Below are positions 13,580 to 25,716 of a stretch of DNA of 64,000 nt, one piece after another. Made by a program: the position numbers and the translations under genes. The notes beneath the pieces were generated by a model, which searched no databases, was not told the DNA's origin, and saw nothing but the letters and a program-made list of their open reading frames with translations. This stretch comes from the human T2T-CHM13v2.0 reference genome, Homo sapiens. The stretch lies in NCBI RefSeq assembly GCF_009914755.1, contig NC_060925.1; one strand, written 5' to 3'. The first letter of the stretch is position 1; each line of letters starts with the position of its first letter.

Positions 13580-13812
13580 TGGCTGATATTTGTTGTGCAC
13601 ATACTTCATGCTGGCTCTGTGCTTAACATGAACACATGCATTATTTTCTTGAACCTTATAATAATCTTATGAGGTAAGCATCATTAATATCACCATTTTA
13701 CATAGAAGGCTTAAAGACATGAAACAGCTGCCCATGGTCATAGGGCAAATAAATAGCAGAGCTGGAATTTGAATGCAGTCTGCAGGGCTCAAGAGCCAAT
13801 GCTCTTAATCCT
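13580..13812 (-). mobile_element. MIR SINE
   Basis: aatcttatgaggtaagcatcatt...ccattttacatagaa...tagcagagctggaatttgaatgcagtctg. Confidence 0.75.
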
Positions 13813-15459
13813 TCAGTTCATTGTTTCAGATACAGTGGCCCTTCTTTCTCAGCTCTCCTTAGCCCCCTGTCTGAGTCAGACCTACTGGGCCCACTGGGCA
13901 TCCCTCTTCCTCTGCCTTGCCCCATCTCACTGATTGGTTTGTCCATCTCCTTTGTTTGACTCTAGGCTCCTTAAGAGGAGGGCCCTGTCTCAATCCACAT
14001 TTGTATCATTAGCACTTGTCATTGTGTCTGGCATAGAGTGTATCTTCAGTACAGATTAGTTCAATGAGAAACAAAAATAAGCCCTGTCCATGGGGGTGTT
14101 TAAGAGATTGATTCTAAACGTTATTATTGCAAGACCAAAAGTGCCAGGCACATTAAAACTATAACTAGCAAATTCAGATTTTGAGAAGTCAATGAGGGCC
14201 ACATTGTTTTATTTTCAGCCAGAGCCAGCTCTGGGTACTCAAAGAGGGGCTCAGGCATCAGCCCCCATCCTGCCTGTATCACCAGACTTCAGGCACATCA
14301 AAGTTGAGAAAGCTGGAGAAAATTAATGCCATGTTGCACCAGAAACAGCATCAAAATATATTATTCAGTGGACAGTGGACTCTTAAATCATGCCATATCC
14401 ATACTGTAAGCCAAATTCATTCTCTCTAGATGGCCTATAAATTGCGTGAAAAGATCTGTTGTCGTTGCTTTCCAAACTAAGTTATGCTAAGTATTTAATC
14501 TCATTTTCCATTATAAATTATTTGTGATAATAATGGGCCAAGCATTTAAATTCTACCTAATAATCTTATTTCTGGTCATACTTAGCACATTACCAAGTTT
14601 ACAACTCTCTGTTACCCACCATTTCTTGAGTATTAATTAGCGGGGTAATGATTCAGAGTGATCACTGTCATGGAACTAAATTAATATCTCATCCGCAATA
14701 TGAAGGACATCTCAAAGGTATCATGAATATCAGAGAGTTGATGCTGCCAGAATTATTAGCTAGCGAACATTAATAAAGCTGCCAGCCTAACAGGGAAAGT
14801 TCTTACTTGGCGACAGTCCACCGGGTAGAATCGGAAGCTTACTCACAGAAGACGGGTGTGGAATGGCAATGCCGCCCATGTGGTTTATGTTTTATGAAGT
14901 AGACTTAAAATATATGGTTGTGTTTCTCCCAGGGTGAGGGTGGGGCTTGAGTGATTCACTGTGGCTCTTTGTCCCATGAACTGTGGGCAGCTGCAGGCTC
15001 TTGGTGCTCCATGCGCCTAGACACACAATGCTATTCCATGGGCTTCCAAGGTATACAGCTCTTTTCCTCCCATAAGAAGATCCAAGGACCAGAAATCAAG
15101 GCAGCAGAATAAGGGTGGCTCAGGGCACCTCCAGGACTGTGACAGATGCTTGGGAAGGACTGCTGCAGGAATGTTTTCTTCTCAATGCCTCATAGTGTCA
15201 CCAAGCCCCCAGAGCAAGCCAATTGCAGAACAACCTAGCAGCTTCACAGCTATTAATTCAACTCTATTCTCTCTATTCTTCAAACATTTCCTGAGTACCT
15301 ACTATATGCCAGGTACTGCACCAAGAATAGAAATGTGTTTAAAGAGAGTGTCTAAGAGTTCTAGAGAGAGGCAAAGACACCATTCTTTCCTCAGGATATT
15401 TGCAGCCTTCTGCATAGTCCAGCCCCAAACCCAGTGGGCAGGGTTAACCTAGATCACAC

Positions 15460-15992
15460 TATAGGAGAGAAAAAGTAATTTCTTTTCCTCATCCATCATA
15501 GGTTCTTTGCTGAGACTCCTAGGAAAAAAAGACAGATTAACAAGAGAAAAGCATACACATTTATTTAATATAAATTTTACGTGACACCAGAGCCTTCAGA
15601 AATGAAGAGCCAAAGAAACAGGGAGACCTCCTTATTTTTATGCTAAGCTTGATGAGGAAGTGGATAGCTGTGAAGAAGTAGGATTGGACAAAGCAGGTGT
15701 GATCTGATGGTAATAAACCAGGGTGGGTGGGAGGAGGTAGCAAGGTATGTTTGTTCAGATTCTTTTGACATTTCCTTGTCTTTGAAGATAAGGATGTTCA
15801 TTTCCTCCGGATATATGGAGGGTACCTCTGGAATGAAAGTTTATGACCTGCTTTAGACGAGGGCAAAGAAATCTTTTATGAACTGCATCAGAGGAGAACA
15901 GTGAAGGGAGGTGAAAGTGATCTCCCTGCTTCTGTTGTTTCCTCAAATGCCAAGGTACCATATTTTGGAGCAACATGTCCTAAACCTCGTCA
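15460..15992 (-). mobile_element. ERV1 solo LTR, MER34A-like
   Basis: Minus strand begins TGAcgaggtttaggacatgttgctccaaaatatggtaccttggcatttgagg; intact minus-strand AATAAA at 15560-15565; ~530 bp. Confidence 0.75.
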
Positions 15993-16455
15993 GTACCCAG
16001 AAATGGAAGTGTCTTCCCTTGCTTGTTAGGGTTATGAGGTTTTTTTCAGTTGTAAAACTTAGCTTTAGAAGAGTCAAAAAGTGGAACATTACAAACCCCT
16101 GTTGCCATTAGCACCGATGGGCAGAATTGCACATGAGCACAAAGCCTCTGTTTAACACCCTGAGCAGCTCGCAAGCACCACACATGGGGCTCCTCTGTAG
16201 CAAGAGCTCGGAGGAAAGCGGCAAGGACAAGCTGCTTTCAACCACACACTGTTGATCCCAGGGAAACCTGGGTGCCATTAGTACAGAAACCCCACCTGGG
16301 GGAAAGGAGTTTTTCCAAGACACAGAACCTCACTCTTAAGAGTACAGAGTCAACTGGAGTCAACTGGCTTTGGTCCAAACCTTGGCTGCGAAACTTCAGT
16401 TTTTCTGTGCATGAGTTTCCTCGTCTGCAGAGTAGGGGTGCTAATAGTAGCTCTC

Positions 16456-16880
16456 TGCTATAGTTTGGATATGTTTTGTTTGTTCCCACCAAATCTCATG
16501 TTGAAATTTGATCCTCAGTGTTGGACGTGGGGCCTAGTGGCAGGTGTTTGGGTCATGGGGGCAGATCCCTCATGAATAGATTAGTGCCCTCCCTGGGGCG
16601 GGGCATGAGTGAGTTCTCACTCTATTTGCCCCCAACAGAGCTAGTTGTTAAAAAGAGCCTGGCACCTCCCCCTTTCTCTTCTTCCTCTCTCGCCTTGTGA
16701 TTTATGCACATGCCAGCTCCCCTTCACTTTCTGCTAGGAGTGGAAGCAGCCTGGGGCTCTCCCCAGATGCCCAACCTTGAATTTTTTGAGACATCAGAAT
16801 CATGGGCCAAATAAGGCTTTTTTCTTTATAAATTACCCAGACTTGGGTATTCTTTTCTAGCAACACAAAATGGACTGACA
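16456..16880 (+). mobile_element. MaLR solo LTR, MSTB-like, inserted into a MIR (MIR halves ~16370-16455 and 16886-16950)
   Basis: TGCTATAGTTTGGAT start, ...ggactgaCA end; near-TSD ctctc/ctgtc; the MIR core resumes after the LTR. Confidence 0.88.
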
Positions 16881-17146
16881 CTGTCTTATAGGGGTGTTGT
16901 GAGGACTAAATAAGTGAGTGTATGTGGAGTGCTGAGCACTGTGTTCTGAGCTGAAATAGTCAAGTCCAGCAGCTTGGATGGACAATAAGTCAGGTTGTGT
17001 GCTGAAAGCCAGGCAGTGGACTGTCTCCCTGGGTATCAGATGCTCCCTATCAAATGGGAGCTGCAATACTTGCCTCAGAGGGCTGATGAGGATGTAAAGG
17101 AGATCACATCAGTTAAGCGCAGAAGCTGAGCAGGTACTTACAAAAT

Positions 17147-18250
17147 CAGTTGTCTCAAACTTAGCTGCATATTAGAATCTCAAGGAGCTTTCCACCATTT
17201 GAATCTTCTAAAAAGCTTTGTTGTTATGATATGTATTATTTAAAAATATGTTTATTTTTGTTTCAAATAATTTTAGAGTTACAGAAAGGTTGCAAAAATA
17301 ATACTGAGAGTTCATATAACTTTTATCCAGCTTCCCCTAATGCGGATTTGCATTCCTATGGTCCAATTATCAAAAGTAAGAAATTAACATGAGTATAATG
17401 CTCAGCTAAACTACAGGCATTATTGAGATTTTACCAGTTTCTCTACTAATGTCCTTTATGTCCTCCAAGAACGAATCCAGGTTCCCTTTGCATTTATTTA
17501 TCAGGTGTCCTCAGTCTCTAAATCCATGGCCGTTCCTCAGGCTTTCCCTGCATTTCATGACACTTTTGATGAGGACTAGTCACGTATTTCATAGAATGTC
17601 CTTCACTTGGGGTTTATCTAATGTTTTCCTGTGCTTAGATTGAGGTTATGCATTACTGAGAAGGATACCACAGAAGCCATAGGCCCTTCCCAGAATCTCA
17701 TAACAGGAAGTATGTGATGTCCATACGTCTTATTACTGGCAATGTTAACCTTCATCACTTGGTTAAGGTAATGTCTGCTGGGTTTACCTATTGTAAAGAT
17801 AGTATTTTTCCCTTTGTCATTAATAAATAACTTGGGAGAGATACTTTCAGGTTATGCAGGTAGCCTATTTCTCCTCATCTTTTTCCCCATTAATGTTCTG
17901 TTCATTTGGTGCATCTTGCCTGCGACAATTACTGCAACGTTCTGAGGATGGTTTCCTAGTCCCTCATTTTTTCTACATTGTTTATTGGAATTTTTCTGTC
18001 TTGAAATGCTGTTTCTTCTCCTCCATTTATTTGTTTATTTATTCAGTTATTTATTGAAATTATCATGGACTCATGGATATTTATTTTATTTTATTGGTTT
18101 TATAATCCAATACTGACATTGTTTATTTTGGTTCAAACCTAAGACACTTTCTAAAATACCTGTGCCTGAGTTCCTCTCCAAGTCATCCGAAGCAGAGTCT
18201 ATGGGGTTGGAGCATAGGTATTTCCTTAAAGCTCCCCAACCGCACTAAAT
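17147..18250. mobile_element. MER5-like hAT MITE split by an L1MC-like 3' fragment (L1 ~17255-18130, minus)
   Basis: cagttgtctcaaacttagctgcatattagaatc on the left and aaaatacctgtgcctgag...aaagctcccca on the right; the middle matches L1MC4/5-type 3' UTR text. Confidence 0.65.
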
Positions 18251-20245
18251 GTTAGTTCCCTCACTCTCCCCACCTGCTTCCTCTAAAAAGAAAAAAAAAT
18301 TCTTCCTCAAATCATTCTGCAGGGCTTGTTCTCAAACTGGCTGTCAGAGTGTGCATGGCAGGCTGCAGCCACTTGGGGAACTGGTTCTGTGGTTATCTCC
18401 ATTCCTGCCTCCCCAGCCCGCATATCCTTTCCTTCAGCTCACGGGGCCCACAATGGGAACTTGAGTACCAGAATTCCTTTTACAACTGCTTCCTCATGTG
18501 GAAATTCCGCTGAGGTTTATTGTAGTTTTCACTGAGGTCAGGTGAAGGAAGAAAAAAACTAGGGCAGTCTTTAGAAAGTCAGGTTTGAGAAAAGACCCAA
18601 GGAAGTATGACCTTCAGCTAGGAGTGTCTTTCTAAATGGCATAGTGAATTTAGTGAATTCCAGCTGATGGCAGGCTCACAGCTGGGGTAGATGTTCCTGC
18701 AGTTTCCAGCGCTGCCTTCTGAGTCCCAGAAAGCACTTTTCTGCTGCTTGGACAGAGTTTTAACATGTGGAAACAACTCGCTTACATGAATAACTTATCT
18801 TGACACCTCTGAAATCACAGTAACCAAATATGTAAATTTAATTCTCTTTTTAGGGGATCAATATGGAGTCAGATAAGTTTTTTTTCCAAAGAGATGGTCT
18901 TCCTGAATAAGGAAATTGATCCTGTAGCATCTTTAGCTGGTTTCCAATTGCCCCCTACTCCTAGGTGCCGAATCAATCTTATGATATTTTTAGAAACCTA
19001 ACTGTTTCTTTAGTCAGATTGATGCCAATAAAATGTCCAAAACTTAGATGAATCAAATTTAAAGTGATTTGTGATGGAATAAAAGCTTAACCCCAAGCAT
19101 ACCATGGCAACATGAAATTGGCATGGTTCCCCCAAATTATGCCATATGAATATGGGAAGATATGTCTCACAAATTCTTATTTTTTTCTTCATAGTGGTCA
19201 GCTTCAACCTGAATTTTTGTTAGAAGGCATTTTTTGTGTTAAAAACACCTTCTATTAAAATTTTAATGGGATTCCAATTTCTAGGGTAAGTAAATTAATA
19301 AAATCTGCAATAACTAGTCAGGAAAGGATCCAGTGTTTCACTACAGAACATAGAGATAATTCCAAGACGGGCATATTAGAGATGCAAAGTGTTAATTCAG
19401 CATAGCATCCAAACCAGGATAAGGAATGTTTAGATGCTGCATGACAAAAATAAATCTCTCTTCCTGGAAGAACTTTAACCTAAGAGGAGAAACAGCTCAA
19501 AGGTTTATTGTTGTCAGAGCCAAAAACATGACACCCCTCTTGATAAAAGACTTCGATCCCTGACCCCAGTAGAGTTGCTACTCTAAAAGCTATTTGTGTA
19601 TTGATCTCCTCTGAAGAAAACGAATAGGTGTCTGGCAGGATGAGCATCTTTGGGAAACCAAGTTATTATACTTAGAGGAGAGCCCAGGTGACCAAAGTGG
19701 GAACCCTAGGGCATCAGGCTCTGAAAGATGATTTGCAAGATGCTGGGAAGCCTGGGCCTTTTCTCTTCTTAGTCTCTGCAACAAGGCCAGTTGCTGAGCA
19801 TAGCTCAAATTAGGAAAGTTTGTCTGCCAAGAAACCTTGACTAATCTTACCATTCATTCTTCAAAAGACAGAAGAGGTGGGCTAGACTGGCCTGTTTTAG
19901 AAACCAGTCTGAGACCAAGACTCTTTAGTGCGTAAATATTTATTAACCCTCAAACAAGGGCACCTACCACCCCCACATGTTAATCCTATGCACACCATCT
20001 TGAAGAAATGAGCCAGTACTTCCTGTTTGAGGCTGAGACAGAGATATAGAGGCAGAAAAACACTCGGAGACTCTCAGGCCACCAAACAAGGACTGAGGAT
20101 GTAGAGTTTCTGGACTAAAAGACTGTAGACTTTGAGTACATAGGCCCTCTGAAGCATCAAAAGAAAAATCGTGGCCTCTTGTTTGCTGTCTTCCTTTTTC
20201 TCCCATAGGATCAAACTAAGATCATCAACTTTCCAAACTCAGAGA

Positions 20246-20320
20246 AGAAATTTGCGTTTAGCTGCTAATTCCATATAAATTTAGAAGTTTGCTATTTAGC
20301 TGCTAATTCCATATAAATTT
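20246..20320 (+). repeat. Local tandem duplication, 2 x ~37 bp
   Basis: Core tttagctgctaattccatataaattt identical at 20257-20282 and 20295-20320. Confidence 0.9.
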
Positions 20321-20344
20321 CTTTCAACAACATAATTTTTAAAA

Positions 20345-20860
20345 TTATTTATTAAGCACCTACCAGGGACTGTTCCAGGAATAAGACAAAACACTGCCCT
20401 CATGAACACCCAATAAACAAGTAAACAGCAACAACAATTCCAGACAGCAATTGATGCTATAAAGAAAATGAATTCAAGTGAGATGAAGTGAGGGGAGCAA
20501 GTGTCAGGTAAGGCCTCTCAGAGAAGGATATTACTTGAGCTGACACCCAAAGGTGAGGAGTGAACTCAGAGAGGGTATTCCAGGCAAGTGACCACCATCA
20601 AGTGCAAAGGCCCTGAAGTAGGGATGAGCTTTGTAGAGTTGACCAGAAAGGCCAGTATGGTGGGAACATACTGGGAATCCACAAGGCTGGGTGGATTAGG
20701 AGAAGACTTAGAAGGGGAGCCACATCATAATGCATCCCAGCAGCCATGCTCTCTGTATAACTGGAAGCCTCTGGAAGCTTAGTGGAGTGGGGAATGGGAA
20801 TGACATATTTTGTTTTGGTAATATCTCTGCAGCTGCTTATGGTAAATAGACTGTAAGAAG
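20345..20860 (-). mobile_element. L2 LINE 3' fragment
   Basis: tttattaagcacctacc...ggcctctcagagaagg...aagtgcaaaggccctgaagtagggatgagctt (reverse L2 3' end). Confidence 0.75.
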
Positions 20861-21157
20861 AGTGAAAACAATACTATTGTTGTGACTTATTAATATGTAG
20901 GGTCTAAATCTGAGGAGACTGAATGTTCTGCAGCTCATTTTCAATCTCTTTGATGAAAATGATGGGCACTGATTTTATTTCACAACCTCAAAACCTCTCC
21001 ACTTCCTTATTGTGTAATCAGAAAAACCATTTGTTCAAACTCATTTAACTAGAAAATACAATTTTTATCAGCTTATTAAAGATAACATCTTACCTCAATC
21101 AGTCAAAGGAAAAAAAATTTTTTTGCTTTAATCAGTTATCTCAATTTCCTCCTACAG

Positions 21158-21389
21158 GGATCCCAATCACCCTTCAGTACCTTATCATTATTATGAACCT
21201 TTTGGACCTGATGAATGTACAATGTACCTCTCCCATGAGCGAGGACGCAAGGGCAGTCATCACCGCTTTATCACAGAGAAACGAGTCTTTAAGAACTGGG
21301 CACGGACATTCAATATTCACTTTTTTCAACCAGACTGGAAACCAGAATCACTTGCTATAAATCATCCTGAGAATAAACCTGTGTTCTAA
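21158..21389 (+). CDS. ST6GALNAC5: ST6GALNAC5 terminal exon, coding part; sialylmotifs III and VS; TAA stop
   Basis: tttcctcctacag acceptor; phase 2. Encodes DPNHPSVPYHYYEPFGPDECTMYLSHERGRKGSHHRFITEKRVFKNWARTFNIHFFQPDWKPESLAINHPENKPVF* (HYYE motif III, HRFITE VS motif). TAA at 21387-21389. Confidence 0.97.
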
Positions 21390-21909
21390 GGAATGAGCAT
21401 GCCAGACTGTAATCCCAGGTATTCACTGCATCAGACACCGAGACACTGAACTTCCTGAGCCACCAGACAGGAAAGGGTAGCAGAAAACAGCTTCACTCCT
21501 CAGGAAGTACCATGGACAGACGCCTACCAGGGGTGACAAAGCAGTGCAGTTGGATTGTAAGGAAAAATTCCGGAATTAATGCATCCTAATGAATGTTGTC
21601 CCCTTCAATGGTGTTACCTTAGGAGCTGAACATTCAATTCAGTTACACCACTATGACTAAAAACAGTTTGGATCTCTTAGTATTGCCTTTGAAACTGCAA
21701 CATAAGCAACTCAACAATATTAGTTGCATTCCTTTATAGACATACCATGTCAAAGACGTTTTTCTATCAAGTTGTATTCTTTCCTGTTCTATAACCTTTG
21801 TCATCTGTTAGACTCTGTATGTGTGATTTGTAAAAAGCAGGCTGAAACTATGGACATGATTTCTGAAGAGCACATCTCCACTGACTTTCATAAAGCAAAT
21901 GTCCAATAT

Positions 21910-21918
21910 TTATTTATT
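21910..21918 (+). promoter_or_regulatory. AU-rich element nonamer UUAUUUAUU in the ST6GALNAC5 3' UTR
   Basis: TTATTTATT with overlapping ATTTA pentamers, upstream of all candidate PAS. Confidence 0.45.
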
Positions 21919-22214
21919 GAGAGTTTTTTAGTGCAATCTGGGCCAGTATTTTTATAGATTATGATTATGTGGTAATTTATCCTTCCTAACTCTTTAATCC
22001 TGAATGATGGTTGGAAATGGCCTAGAATTAGGTTACTCTGTTCACAATGCTCATTGTTAGCATGCAATTGGTATTTGACTTGGAAGTGTTGTGTTGTATT
22101 TTTTGAACCCCTAGGCTTCAGGAAAACTGCTCTTTTGTAAAAAGAATAGCGATGACATTTTCTAATGTGCAGAAATGTTCCAAAAGGACAAAATTGAAAA
22201 CCAAAAACTATGTT

Positions 22215-22220
22215 ATTAAA
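22215..22220 (+). terminator. Proximal poly(A) signal ATTAAA of ST6GALNAC5 (candidate)
   Basis: ATTAAA ~830 nt after the stop, with U-rich gtagttttcttt downstream. Confidence 0.55.
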
Positions 22221-22599
22221 ACAAAAAAATGCTAACAAGAGAAATTTAAAGGTAGTTTTCTTTAGTAATAATTTATGTAAGTGTCCTCTCTTGAGCCCTA
22301 GTTTCCTTTTTGGCAGAATGATGTCACTGTACCAGACAACCTCTTAGGTTTCATCCCAAATCTAAACTTGTGGCCTCTTCTTGACCCATTTGAAGACTCT
22401 GCACTTGGAGTGATGGGGCCCCAACAGTAGCAGGAACTTTATTTTGGGGAGCCTTATCTACATTCATATTACTTATATCACTCTTGTGGTTAAAACTACA
22501 CTTCTTCCTGTGTCCACATGGGCTAAAATCTACCCCCTGCTTCTCTCGAAGCATCACCATCCGCCTCTTCCCCAGCCTCTCAACACAAAAACACAGGAT

Positions 22600-22620
22600 A
22601 CACACACACACACACACACA
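22600..22620 (+). repeat. (CA)10 microsatellite in the 3' UTR
   Basis: Direct reading. Confidence 0.95.
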
Positions 22621-23869
22621 AAAGACATAGCTCCAAGGGGTTCCCTGGCTACAATAGCAAACAGCTGCCCTTCTGTGAGGAAAAGAGACTACAAGGACAT
22701 GCCCTATCATTCAACTCATTTATGCTATGAACTGTTTAGACTCACTACAAATCTTCTTAGATTATATTCATTACCATTCCCTGGTCTGAAGGAGTATAAA
22801 GGACTTATTTTATTCAGAGCCAAGATAAATTCATATTATAGATTTTTATTTAAACAAGTAATATTGTTCAAAAATAGTCTCTTATAAATATACTAGTGTT
22901 TTCTTTACACATGACTTAGAAGGCATTAGTTTCTCTAATGCCAAATTTGAAGGCACCAGCAAATATTATGTATGAAGACTGACATTGTTTTACAGACATG
23001 ACCTGGCTTATGATAAAAGAAGTTTTATCGCATTACCACTTCTTTTCCCTTTTCTTAATTAGTACACTAACTAGTACTATTAATTACACGGAGTATTGTT
23101 GTTAAAATGCAAACACAATCAGGGTACTCACATAACATAAACAAAGTTGATATTGATGTGTATGGCTTGGGCTGTTCAAAGCCAGTAAGATTGAAATGGC
23201 CGTCCAAAACATACTGGAATATGTTCTTTAAGTTTTCTCATAGTTTTTAAAGGGACTATGAATTTTATTCCAACACATTGTCTTCCACAGCATGGACTCT
23301 GAACACATCATACTTTATCAACATATGAAAAAGTGTATTAATTTTATACAATTTACTTATAGGCCACCTTTATAATCACTTGAAGACGTTATGTTGCTCA
23401 AACATAAGTGGCTCCTTTGGCAATTTCTATATTTGTGGAAATTTGGAAAGGCATAGTTTCAACATGCAAGAATGTAATTATATTGCTTCATCTAATAATA
23501 TCTCACATATCTGTCTATCTTCAGATTTTAGATTTTCTTTATTAAAAAAACCATCATGGTAGCTCCATCTCGTTTGTAACTTCTCCCTCTCAAATACTCA
23601 GAAGAATGAAGAGGCCAAATTCAGAAAATCATGGCTTCACTGGGAAATGTTTTAAATCTACATGTAGCTAGGATATGTGATTTCATATTTTTTAAAAATG
23701 TGGTGTAAATAAGTGTAAAAAATTACCACTTGCAAAGTGGTTTTATTACAGCGTTAAAGAAAATGACTAGAATTCTGATAGATTGTGCTGATGAACCTGG
23801 TTGTGGGCAATTGAATTCTTGTCTTCCCACTACCATTTCATGACTGTCGTCTGAACACTATTCAACACC

Positions 23870-23875
23870 ATTAAA
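23870..23875 (+). terminator. Intermediate poly(A) signal ATTAAA (candidate)
   Basis: ATTAAA immediately followed by TATAAA; GU-rich tgattgtgtttg further downstream. Confidence 0.45.
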
Positions 23876-25189
23876 TATAAACTCTGATATAAAAGATGAC
23901 TACAGAACCATGTTTATAGACCTCGGTGATTTCAGTATCTGATTGTGTTTGATGCCTAAGTCATACTCGTTATGTTACATGCCTTTTTCCTCTCTCCCAG
24001 CTGTGTCATCAGCTCCCTCCTAGCTTTTAAGACCACAGTAATACAATGCCACAGCTGGTCGATCCATGGCTTCTGTTATTTCAACACAAGAACATTTGGC
24101 AGAGGCCATTACAATAGATAGCCATTATGGGCAAAGATACGGGAATTTGCAAACAAAATCAATCACTTCAAATGGCCCATAAAAGGAGGAATCTCAGATT
24201 TAATATTCTACGGTAAATATTCACCCAAGAAAGCATACATTAAAAGAACATTAGGAGGTAAATATTCAGCATGCTGCATGGAGACTTAGCTGTGTGATTT
24301 CCATTACCGTTAATGGGCATTTGGCAACTAAGTCCCTGTGCTTTGCTAACCCTGGTGTGTACTCCTAAGGGCTACACATAAAACCTGAGCAATTCAGAGA
24401 CTTCTGAGGTCATCAGATTTCAGAGTAAGATCTTTTCTTTAAAAAAAAAAATAGATGAAAGCAAAACACAACGTATTGTACCTAAAAGAGAAATTTGTGT
24501 GGTCTCTCACAATCCTTAGGTTACTACCAGATTTGTGTATCCTTTGTTTTCTGAAGTTCTCTCCATTACTGATCTATTTGAATGACATGAGAATGGAGGG
24601 AAATAATCTCATTTTGAAATAAAAACTCCCCTCAAAAATTAAAATTACCGACTTAGAAGATGATAAATGCTAAGTAAAAGTAGAAGGAGAAAGTTGAAAT
24701 TCTATTAGGATTAAGACAGTGTTATTTAAAGGCACATGCACCCATTTAGTACCTGCCTAAATATTTGCCCTTGTGTAAGAGCAAACTCATTTCAGAAATA
24801 TATCCTGAATTCCACCAGGGTGATGGTTCAAATTGTTAAATAAACCTACTCTGAAAGAAGGGTCCATGTTCCTATTCTCTCTCTGCAGTGTTGGGAGGTG
24901 ATGTTAACACTCTACATGTTTTGTATCTGACCCAATCATTTCTTCCATTCTCATTGCTTCTCTCTTAAACCTCATTGTATCTCTTTACTGTCATTTTCTC
25001 CCAATTGTCTTCTTTTGTCTACAGTGTGCTCCTAAACCAGCAGTCTTTGGTGCTGTTAAGGTCTTCCTTGTAGGTTTTTAAACTAAAGATCTATCTGGGA
25101 AACAGATTTGGGGTAGGTCCTGCCAGAGTAATGACCATGGTAGGTGGGAGGAATATATCTGGCTACCATACAAGGTACTTCAGAAGTAC

Positions 25190-25301
25190 CATTATGGTTT
25201 GCCCAGGGCCAAGTGGGGAGTGAAGAAGAGGGGTCCCCAAGACACAGACTTCAGTGCTAAAACCAGGGAAGTCCTGGGCTCCATGACAGTGGCTCACCCT
25301 A
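25190..25301 (-). mobile_element. MER81-like hAT-Blackjack MITE
   Basis: ggtttgcccaggg...ttcagtgctaaaaccaggga...tcacccta. Confidence 0.6.
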
Positions 25302-25559
25302 TCAGAAGGCCACGTCAAAGAGAACTATAATAATAAGCCCTGGGGGGCAGGATGTGTGAACCAATTGCCTAGGTGTTAGCACATGCCAGAAGGTACTTTG
25401 GAATGGAAAGAGGTGAGAGTGTCTCAAGGTTTAAAAATGAGCAAGTGTAGCCCCTCTTTTGTAGCTCACTCATCCCACCTTCTCAGGGTGTTGAAATGCA
25501 AATGCAAAAAGGCTGAAACCCTGTTTCTTTCTACTCAGTGCCCTAATATTATATACTAC

Positions 25560-25716
25560 CTTGAATTGTGCTTCGTCTTTTTATGCATGTGTCCTGTTAG
25601 TCTAATTAGATTGTAAGCTCCTTGAGGGCAGAGACTCTTTCTCCTTTGTCTCTGCAGCCTATACCTAGTATAGTGCCTTGCACACAATAGGTGCTCAATA
25701 AATGTCTGTTGTTGAT
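25560..25716 (+). mobile_element. L2 LINE extreme 3' end
   Basis: tagattgtaagctccttgagggcagagac...cctagtatagtgccttgcacacaataggtgctcaataaatgtctgttg (hallmark L2 tail). Confidence 0.85.
25697..25702 (+). terminator. Distal poly(A) signal AATAAA inside an L2 3' tail (candidate)
   Basis: gtgctcAATAAAtgtctgttgttg; UGUA at 25612; GU-rich downstream. Confidence 0.55.

Noticed and set aside
22444-22887. 147-aa ORF in the ST6GALNAC5 3' UTR
   Set aside because: Non-ATG start, runs through a CA microsatellite, no homology.
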